From contig OZ244239.1 in the NCBI GenBank assembly GCA_965217115.1, positions 224,001 through 288,000 on the forward strand: a stretch of 64,000 nt of DNA, in the 5' to 3' direction. Each line of letters starts with the position of its first letter. Position 1 is the stretch's first letter. Positions 57,031 through 64,000 of this stretch are shown here, in pieces. The DNA is from Bdellovibrionales bacterium. Lineage in GTDB: Bacteria > Bdellovibrionota > Bdellovibrionia > Bdellovibrionales > CAYMLA01. The position numbers were made by a program, and so were the translations under genes. The notes under the pieces were generated by a model. It made no database searches, had not been told where the DNA came from, and worked only from the letters and a program-made list of their open reading frames with translations.

Positions 57031-58742
57031 AGACCTTCTCTGCCTCTTCCTGATTTTATCCCAGGAAATTTCTCTGCCATCTTAGAGTAGGAACCAGAGT
57101 CTAAGATCACTCCCTGTTCTAAAACAATGACTCTATCGACTTTTTCGAGTATAGAAGATCTATGGGATGAAATGAGCACAGCCTGTTTATCTGAAAAAAT
57201 CGTCTCAATAAGTTTTTTCTCTGTCGATTGATCCACTGCTGATAAAACATCATCTAATATAATCAATGGTGTTCCACGCAAGAGAGTTCTCGCCAAAGAG
57301 AGTCTCTGTTTCTGACCCCCTGATAAACGCACCCCTTTCTCTCCGACCTGAGTTTCCCAGCCATCGGCAAAGGCTTCAATATCGTCATAAATCATGGCCT
57401 TTTTAGCTGCGTCTCTAATAGACTCACGACCTAGCCCTTCTGCACCTAAACCGATATTCTTCTCCACCGAATTAGAAAAGACGTAAGCTGTTTGCAAGGC
57501 ATAACCAATTTCTTGACGATAGGATTTAATATCAAGATGAAAAATGTCCCCACCATTCCAAAATATAGCCCCCTCAGGAGGCTGGTGGAGTTTATTAATT
57601 AAATGAAAAAGGGTGGTTTTACCTGAGCCAATTTTTCCCCAAATAGCGACTTTCTCTCCATGGTTAACATCAAAGGAGATGTTTTTTAAAGAGAAGGCAT
57701 CGTCTTCAGAAAAACGATGGGATAGATTTTTTATTGATAATAGAGGCTGACTCTTATTGTAAGAATTCCTTTCCAAGTCTCCAGACTCACATTCTTCATC
57801 AAAAATTTCATCAATCCTCTCAAGTGCAGCTAATGCTTGTTGATAGATAGAGATTAAAATACCAATCGCTGTTAATGGAAATACGAGTATTCCAATATAT
57901 ATACTAAAGGCTAGTATATCTCCCACAGTGAATCGACCATTAATAACTTCGTATCCACCATAAAGGAGAACAGCTAATTTAGAAATTCCTGTGGAAAGTG
58001 CCATTAAAGGGAACAACACTGTTTGTATCTTAATGAGTTTAATATTTGAATTGTAAACATTAAAAGTCTTCTCACGAATTTTTTTTAAAAATCCCTCATT
58101 AGCACTATTAGACTGAATAACATGGATATTACTGTAAGCCTCAGTCACTAGATTTGTTAAATCCCCTAAAGCCTCTTGGTTGTGTTTTGAGCATTTGTGT
58201 ATTTGTGGCATAAGCAATCTCGCCACAAAGATCATCAAACCCATGGGCAAAAGACATAGGAAAGTCAATAATCCGTGGACCTCGATCATTTTACTCAAAA
58301 TGAATACTAATAAAAAGATCACATTCAAAAGTTGTAACATACCAAAAGCGACCATCACTCTTAAGTGATTCACGTCATTTGCTATGCGAGAGACAACACC
58401 ACCCAAACCATGGGTTAAATAAAACTGATAGGGCAAGTAAATAAGTTTTGTAAAGAGGTCATTCTTAATCTCCGCCTCTATTTTTCTTCCTGGCCAAAAG
58501 AACAACATCCGTGACAGAGAGCGAATGATTACTTGTATCGCCCCTAATAGTACGATGAACAGAGCCAGCGAAGCAAGCCCCTCTACATCCATGCTCACAG
58601 AGAACGAATTTACGATTTCCCTGGCACTCTCAGGAATTTCTAATGCGACATAAGTCGTTAAGCCAAGGGTTATTAAACCACCCAGATACCATCGCCAGAG
58701 AGGACGTATATAATGCAATAGAAAACCAAAAAGCTTAGCCAT
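57027..58742 (-). CDS. ABC exporter half-transporter (MdlA/BmrC-like)
   Basis: 6-TM domain plus NBD with GKIGSGKT, LSGGQKQR, degenerate Walker B IILDDVLSAVD. 4-nt overlap with its partner. Confidence 0.9.
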   Translation of the reverse strand: MAKLFGFLLHYIRPLWRWYLGGLITLGLTTYVALEIPESAREIVNSFSVSMDVEGLASLALFIVLLGAIQVIIRSLSRMLFFWPGRKIEAEIKNDLFTKLIYLPYQFYLTHGLGGVVSRIANDVNHLRVMVAFGMLQLLNVIFLLVFILSKMIEVHGLLTFLCLLPMGLMIFVARLLMPQIHKCSKHNQEALGDLTNLVTEAYSNIHVIQSNSANEGFLKKIREKTFNVYNSNIKLIKIQTVLFPLMALSTGISKLAVLLYGGYEVINGRFTVGDILAFSIYIGILVFPLTAIGILISIYQQALAALERIDEIFDEECESGDLERNSYNKSQPLLSIKNLSHRFSEDDAFSLKNISFDVNHGEKVAIWGKIGSGKTTLFHLINKLHQPPEGAIFWNGGDIFHLDIKSYRQEIGYALQTAYVFSNSVEKNIGLGAEGLGRESIRDAAKKAMIYDDIEAFADGWETQVGEKGVRLSGGQKQRLSLARTLLRGTPLIILDDVLSAVDQSTEKKLIETIFSDKQAVLISSHRSSILEKVDRVIVLEQGVILDSGSYSKMAEKFPGIKSGRGREGL

Positions 58743-58756
58743 AAGAAGGCATCAGA

Positions 58757-59314
58757 CTAATCTGTATACTCCTTGAATGCAAAGGTCCCCATCTCTCTAT
58801 TTTTTATAACATGGGGTGCCTCAAACAAGCGTCCATGGAAAGAGATATAAATCCCTGGCATGGCTAAATAAGAAGCCATTATGGCTTCCACAAAATTCTG
58901 TGTTGCATCCGAATCGTCAAAGCCGAGGGGTCTCATGGCCCCCGTAAAAATGACCGGAACCCACAACTTATCGTGCTTGATTCCCTTCCAGATGTAACGA
59001 GCCGTTATCTCCATCGTATCAGTTCCATGGAGTATGATAATAGGCTTGCCCTCCCCTAAAACTTCTTTCACACTCACGAGAATTTTCTCTCGATCTTCAT
59101 CGCACATCTCAAGAGAATCCAGGGAGAGAATTTCCCTGATATCAACCTTATTATAGGGAAGACGCATTTTTCCTAGAATTTTATTTTTTATAATGGATTC
59201 ACGATTAGACAAACTCCCATCAAATTCATCATAACTTTTCTCTATAGTTCCACCAGTTGTAAAAACGATGATATCTCTTCGTAGGTTGTCTACCTTTTGT
59301 CCGTTCATTAACAT
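58757..59314 (-). CDS. Short-chain L-asparaginase (N-terminal domain only)
   Basis: FTTGGTIEK, DSLEM, HGTDTM, FTGAMRP, SDA..N. Confidence 0.85.
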   Translation of the reverse strand: MLMNGQKVDNLRRDIIVFTTGGTIEKSYDEFDGSLSNRESIIKNKILGKMRLPYNKVDIREILSLDSLEMCDEDREKILVSVKEVLGEGKPIIILHGTDTMEITARYIWKGIKHDKLWVPVIFTGAMRPLGFDDSDATQNFVEAIMASYLAMPGIYISFHGRLFEAPHVIKNREMGTFAFKEYTD

Positions 59315-59315
59315 T

Positions 59316-60275
59316 TTAGTTAACCATCTCTTTTTTTAGTAACCACTGGTGAACTGTTTGCAATAATTTAAGAGTCAACCCCCGGCGCTTTAGCTTCACG
59401 TGGCGACCTTCCAGCCAAACCGTCTCTTTGGGCTCAGGCGTCAACTCCTGTTGCCTTTCCATACTTATCTTAGGAAAGAGTTCTTCCTCTCTCCCATAAA
59501 TAAGAAGAAAATCCCCCTTTAACTGAGGGAGGTGCAATCCTGGTTCTAAGCTGCTAAAAGCTTGACTCACTTCATTAGCAGCGATTTTCGCCAGAATATG
59601 AAGCTCTTTGGCTCCTAAAAAAGGGAACTCTTTCCTTCCCTTTTCTTTAAAATACTTATAAGCCAACTCCCCTATCTCAACTCCACCATAACCCAGAGTC
59701 ATCGTCACAAATGGTCGATCAAAGTAACTCGATAGCCTCTGTCCTAAAGGAGAAAAAAGCGTTCCAAGACTCACCGAGACTAAATTCAATCGCGAAGTAT
59801 CAACAAAATCCTGGGCGTAAAGCCATTTCGTAATAGATGTAATTTGACCCGGTATTTTTTCTATTGATTCAAGAATACCCCATTTCAACCATTCATGGAT
59901 TTTCTCAATGTCCAGAGAAACAGGAATCGGGTAATCATAAGTTATAACAATGTTTCTTCCAAAGAGATCTGCTAGTTTAATGGTTTCCTTGGCTGTATCA
60001 AAACCTGCCATAAGGAATATCACAGGAAGTTTCTCTCCCTGCTTTATATCACTGGGAACTTGCATATAAATTTTTATCTCACCCACTGTCTTTTGATATA
60101 AAGTGAGTTCTCTAATAGAGCTTCTATTGCCGTGCTCTCTATGGTCTTTGCGAATGGAAACACTCCAATCACGATAGCCAATCTCAGCAATCACTTTGCT
60201 AATATCAGTCGACCATATTGCTTGAACAGACAAAGTCCCTAGAAACAAAACAATCATTGGCTTAAATGACGGCAT
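59316..60275 (-). CDS. Exported alpha/beta-hydrolase-fold protein
   Basis: Signal peptide ending VQA, KLPVIFLMAG, VDTSRL...SVSLG nucleophile elbow, LLIYG.EE, GRH near the C-terminus. Confidence 0.65.
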   Translation of the reverse strand: MPSFKPMIVLFLGTLSVQAIWSTDISKVIAEIGYRDWSVSIRKDHREHGNRSSIRELTLYQKTVGEIKIYMQVPSDIKQGEKLPVIFLMAGFDTAKETIKLADLFGRNIVITYDYPIPVSLDIEKIHEWLKWGILESIEKIPGQITSITKWLYAQDFVDTSRLNLVSVSLGTLFSPLGQRLSSYFDRPFVTMTLGYGGVEIGELAYKYFKEKGRKEFPFLGAKELHILAKIAANEVSQAFSSLEPGLHLPQLKGDFLLIYGREEELFPKISMERQQELTPEPKETVWLEGRHVKLKRRGLTLKLLQTVHQWLLKKEMVN

Positions 60276-60569
60276 AAAATCTCCCCTATTGGACGGAGAA
60301 GGATACTAACAAATAGATGTTTTTTGGACAAAAACTAAGGGTTTTGCACTTTTTACAAGTGGCAGATTAGCTCATAATGAGACACCCACGGCAATTACTT
60401 GTGAGAACGGAAATAAAGAGTTCTGCCCGTCAGGAGCAAGTTAAGCCTATGTCAGCTTAGCTGAAAATGGATTAGATCACCTTTAAAGAAATTAAATACA
60501 CTTTGTTTATAAACTTGACATAATTGCGCCTTGCAAATATTTAAGAACTTCACTTAAAAATCCGAGGCG

Positions 60570-60598
60570 ATTAAAAGGAAGGAAAGCCTTCTTTTAAT
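60570..60598 (+). promoter_or_regulatory. Stem-loop in the leader of the 60631 operon
   Basis: ATTAAAAGGAAGG-AAAG-CCTTCTTTTAAT, about 30 nt upstream of the GTG start. Confidence 0.4.
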
Positions 60599-60630
60599 AA
60601 ACCTTAGGACCTTTAGCTAGGATGTATTAA

Positions 60631-62319
60631 GTGAGCTTTAATTACGACAAGTCAAAGGAGAGTGCAGATCAAGCGACCCAGTGGTCTTCTTACAGTGATT
60701 TATTTATGGCTCTCTCTGTTATTTTTCTTCTCATGTATGTCACTTCAAGTGTTCGTGAAGGCGCCACCAATATTCAGAAATTTTCTCAATATCAAGAATT
60801 AGTTCAGGAGGCTGATGATCTTCGCGAACAAAACCGTGTCTACGATGCTCTCAAAGATGACTACATACGAAAACAAGCCACTGAAAAAGAAACAGCAACA
60901 TACAAAGAGCTCATGAGCAAACTCAACCTCCTACAAGAAAAAAATAAGAATGAGGCCGGCGAGCTACAAAAACAAGCAAATGACAACCGCGACAAGGCCA
61001 AAGCCCTCAACAAATACCAGCAAGTTATTCGAAATATCATCAACAGTAGCTATGTTGCTCGGGCTCGTATAAACCAACGTGATAAAAAAATTGACACTCA
61101 AAAAGAGGTCATCACTCAGAAAGAAAATCTCATTGAAAAACGTATTTCAGATATACGTAAACTAGAAGAGACTGTTAAGTCTAAGAAACGCACTATAGCC
61201 AAAGGTAAATATCAGATTAAGAAGACTAAAACACAGCTTCGACGTAAGATCACGCAACTCAAGCGATCCTACAAAAATCAAAAAATTTCACGCACTAATA
61301 TGCGCAAGAAAATTGCATCCCTTGAAAAAAACACACGGAAGCAGCTCAGATCTTTAAAACAGAAAAACAACCAATCAAAAACTCAGCTAAAGCAAGCTAG
61401 TCGCAAAATAATCTCTGTTAACAATGCCCTTCTTCAAGCCAAATCCACAATTTACACACAGGGCTTAGAAAAAGAAAAGCTCGCTAAACAACTCACTCAG
61501 GAAGCGGAGAGGACACGGAAAAGAATTTCTAAAACAAAAAGAGAATTTCAAGCTCAACGCAAGCTTGATCGTAAACGCTTTAAGAAAGCTCTCTTAAAAG
61601 AGGCCCTTTCAAAAAAACAGATCGCTCAAAAAGAGAAGAGATTTCGACAACAAACTCAGAAAAAACAACTTCAGCTTAAACAGAAAGTCTCTAAGCTCAA
61701 GAGGAAAATGGATCTCACTCAGGGCCAACTCCAACGGGCCAAATCGCAAATTCAAGCACGCCAAAAACTGGCCCAACAGATTCTTCGTAATTTTAAGAAA
61801 ACAGGTGTCGCAGCACAGGTAAATCCACGCACAGGAGATGTGGTTCTGTCTTTTGGCAAGCAGTACTTTAAAACAGGTGGCTCCAAGTTAAACCCAGAAA
61901 TGGTCGCCCAACTTAAAAAATTCATGCCTATTTATGCAAAAAGCCTCTTTCAGAACTCCAAGATGTCCGAAAAAATCAGCAATATTGAAATCATTGGTTT
62001 CGCCTCACCTACTTATAATGGAAAATACATTGATCCCAATAGTTTGAAACCCAGTCATCAAAAGGCAGTTAGTTACAATCTAGACCTTAGTTTTAAACGT
62101 GCCAAGTCCATATTTAATTATATATTCGACATCAATAAGATGACATACAAATATCAAAAACACATTCGTCCAATGGTTAAGGTCACTGGTCGAAGCTTTT
62201 TAGCCGAAGGAGCCCAAGGACGTAATATCGCCAGCAGTTTAAAACAAAAAGAATACTGTAAAAAGTTTAATTGTAAGAAGTCTCAACGAGTTATCATTAA
62301 ATTTAATTTAAAAAATTAG
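60631..62319 (+). CDS. MotB/ZorB-like protein: TM helix with conserved Asp, long basic coiled coil, C-terminal OmpA-like domain
   Basis: WSSYSDLFMALSVIFLLMY. K/Q/R-rich heptads at about aa 45-390. FKTGGSKL...FMPIYAKSL, IEIIGFAS, NLDLSFKRAKSI, SQRVIIKF. Confidence 0.8.
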   Translation: MSFNYDKSKESADQATQWSSYSDLFMALSVIFLLMYVTSSVREGATNIQKFSQYQELVQEADDLREQNRVYDALKDDYIRKQATEKETATYKELMSKLNLLQEKNKNEAGELQKQANDNRDKAKALNKYQQVIRNIINSSYVARARINQRDKKIDTQKEVITQKENLIEKRISDIRKLEETVKSKKRTIAKGKYQIKKTKTQLRRKITQLKRSYKNQKISRTNMRKKIASLEKNTRKQLRSLKQKNNQSKTQLKQASRKIISVNNALLQAKSTIYTQGLEKEKLAKQLTQEAERTRKRISKTKREFQAQRKLDRKRFKKALLKEALSKKQIAQKEKRFRQQTQKKQLQLKQKVSKLKRKMDLTQGQLQRAKSQIQARQKLAQQILRNFKKTGVAAQVNPRTGDVVLSFGKQYFKTGGSKLNPEMVAQLKKFMPIYAKSLFQNSKMSEKISNIEIIGFASPTYNGKYIDPNSLKPSHQKAVSYNLDLSFKRAKSIFNYIFDINKMTYKYQKHIRPMVKVTGRSFLAEGAQGRNIASSLKQKEYCKKFNCKKSQRVIIKFNLKN

Positions 62320-62326
62320 GAGTTAA

Positions 62327-63298
62327 ATGATGTTTTCACAACAAATTATTCAAGGCATAATTGACAATCTAGTTCTCTTTGCTACAGATCTTCTCCTTCC
62401 ATTAATGCTCTTTAGCTTTGTGCTTGCGCTTATTGTTCGTGGATTGATCTATTACTCTATTTCACGCCATGCATGGTTTGCCCGTGAATTCGAGATGCGC
62501 GTGACGGATTTTCTTGAAACAGAAGATTACCATAAAGAGATCTCATTCTTCCCCACTGTTAAAAGAATTCTAGAGCGCACGTATTATGAAATTTTTGAAG
62601 TTCGCGCTATTATAAAACGACGTAATCCAGACTATATTATGTCCTTAGGTGACCGTGTTTTTCTTATTAATCAAGGTGTCGCTTGGCTTGTTCATGATAT
62701 TCAGAAGCAAGTCCGCCACTTCCGCCATGGAAAATCTGAGAACCCTCCTAAGATTTTACAGATGACAAAGAGTATATTCCAAAAAAATCCAGCCTTTAAT
62801 AGGATATTAGGCCTAGTCCCCGCTGCTCCAGTTAATAATATTCTCAACATTCTTCCTGGGGTTTTTGTCATTGCCGGTATCTTTGGGACTTTCCTAGGAA
62901 TTATGAAAGCCTTGCCCGAACTCGGTGGTATGGACCTCGCTAATGGAGAGCAATCAAAGATGGTCATGGATCAATTTCTTTTAAAGATCTCTTTTGCCAT
63001 GAGTACTTCTTTAATGGGTATCATGCTTTCAGTTTTCCTTAACTTCTATAACACTCTTCTCTCACCCGATAGGAAATTTATAGAAATTGTTGAACGCTTT
63101 GAAAATACGATGGATCTTCTTTGGAATCGATCAAGTAATAATTTACTTCCTGAGAATATCTCTAACTTTGATCAACATAGGGACCCCATTGATGCTCTTG
63201 CCGAGGATGCCATTCAGAGAGAGATCTCAAAAGAGAAAGCACTCTCAAAAAGCGTCTCTCGAATGTCGGAAAAGGTCAATCGAGACAAGGCATCTTAA
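62327..63298 (+). CDS. MotA/TolQ/ExbB/ZorA-like ion-channel subunit
   Basis: One N-terminal TM, a cytoplasmic domain, then a TM hairpin PGVFVIAGIFGTFLGI ... FAMSTSLMGIMLS. AGGAG RBS. Confidence 0.8.
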   Translation: MMFSQQIIQGIIDNLVLFATDLLLPLMLFSFVLALIVRGLIYYSISRHAWFAREFEMRVTDFLETEDYHKEISFFPTVKRILERTYYEIFEVRAIIKRRNPDYIMSLGDRVFLINQGVAWLVHDIQKQVRHFRHGKSENPPKILQMTKSIFQKNPAFNRILGLVPAAPVNNILNILPGVFVIAGIFGTFLGIMKALPELGGMDLANGEQSKMVMDQFLLKISFAMSTSLMGIMLSVFLNFYNTLLSPDRKFIEIVERFENTMDLLWNRSSNNLLPENISNFDQHRDPIDALAEDAIQREISKEKALSKSVSRMSEKVNRDKAS

Positions 63299-63307
63299 AG
63301 AAAAATT

Positions 63308-64000
63308 ATGAAAAAAAGTATTCTATTCTGTATTTCTAGATACACTAAGGAGGGACTAGACTTGATCTACGTCAACAAGAACTCCTTTGTCATTGGTCGC
63401 TCTAAGGAGGCTGATGTTGTATGTATGCATAGAGGGGTGAGTCGCAACCATGTACGGGTCTATGCTAAAGGATCAGAAATCCTCATTGAAGACCTTGGTA
63501 CCTCCAATAACACTAGAGTAGACGATATCGTCCTCCCCACTAATGAGCTTATAAAATATACCCCAGGGACAAAATTAAAATTAGGAAGTTGTAACGAAAC
63601 TTATTTCATAGATATGTACCGTTCTGAGCTTTCCATAGAAGAAGAGGCCGATGATTACTACCAGTCTATTAAAGAAAAAGCACTGACTCTACGTCAAAAA
63701 TCTGATAATGAAATCAAAAGTCTTTTCAGTCAAGCTAGGGAAGAAGTTGAAAAATTATATAGACAAGTAGAGAGAGATACAGAGGAAGAGCTCCAAGAGA
63801 AAAGGGCTTCAGCCCGTCAAAAGGCCGAGCAAGAGGCCATGGGCATACTCTCCGTAGCTAAAGCTGAAGCACAGAAAGAACTAAATAAAATTGAGGATGA
63901 AAAGAATGTTCTTCAAAAAAAATTACAGCAGGAATTAGAGAGCGACTTAGAGAATAAACGGAAAAGTAGCCTTGAAGAGATCAAAGAATATCAAAAGAAC
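63308..64000 (+). CDS. FHA-domain plus acidic coiled-coil protein (partial, runs off window; not in ORF track)
   Basis: ATG 63308, open to the end. FVIGRSKEAD..VSRNH..IEDLGTSNNT FHA motifs, then E/K/Q-rich heptads. Confidence 0.85.
   Translation, partial: MKKSILFCISRYTKEGLDLIYVNKNSFVIGRSKEADVVCMHRGVSRNHVRVYAKGSEILIEDLGTSNNTRVDDIVLPTNELIKYTPGTKLKLGSCNETYFIDMYRSELSIEEEADDYYQSIKEKALTLRQKSDNEIKSLFSQAREEVEKLYRQVERDTEEELQEKRASARQKAEQEAMGILSVAKAEAQKELNKIEDEKNVLQKKLQQELESDLENKRKSSLEEIKEYQKN

Noticed and set aside
55273..58742. Degenerate ABC motifs as a sign of pseudogenes
   Set aside because: One consensus and one degenerate ATP site is the normal asymmetry of heterodimeric exporters.
60361..60470. 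c-di-GMP-I riboswitch
   Set aside because: GGCAA is present, but the GNRA/receptor stems and GCAAAG core are not.
60631..63298. Canonical Zorya system or flagellar motAB
   Set aside because: Reversed gene order, no long ZorA tail, and no zorC/D/E or flagellar genes within the window. Kept as an atypical motor-like system.
1156..63311. Many short ORFs antisense to or nested in long genes (e.g. 1156-1491, 26612-27220, 26631-27287, 49346-49750)
   Set aside because: Shadow frames of well-supported genes, with no motifs.

Overview
Bacterial chromosomal window of roughly 40% GC (by eye). The gene content points to Bdellovibrionota: orphan lipoproteins and beta-barrels, a FabMG-like reductase, a REC-MshEN-J-TPR regulator and sigma28-like promoters. 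This assignment is inferred, not searched. Most of the window is housekeeping: mutL-miaA-yicC-gmk-rpoZ-rel, an Fe3+ ABC importer, gloB, mscS, a TonB-dependent receptor, tRNA-Cys, rpmG, miaB...guaB-guaA-dnaE, a DEAD-box helicase and a heterodimeric ABC exporter. Five things stand out. (1) At the right end is an operon of a ZorB/MotB-like protein with a ~340-aa very basic coiled-coil insert, a tail-less ZorA/MotA/TolQ-like channel and an FHA coiled-coil protein. (2) A ~226-nt rod-like structured element at 5231-5456 has mismatches that resolve as G-U pairs on the minus strand. (3) A beta-barrel gene is paired with a 1682-aa lipoprotein built from about 10 repeats of ~110 aa plus EF-hand loops. 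(4) A decayed toxin-antitoxin islet follows tRNA-Cys and includes a toxin pseudogene missing from the ORF track. (5) A terminator plus sigma28-like promoter separates rel from rpoZ. No CRISPR array, rRNA, integrase or transposase was seen. All family calls come from motif recognition by eye.
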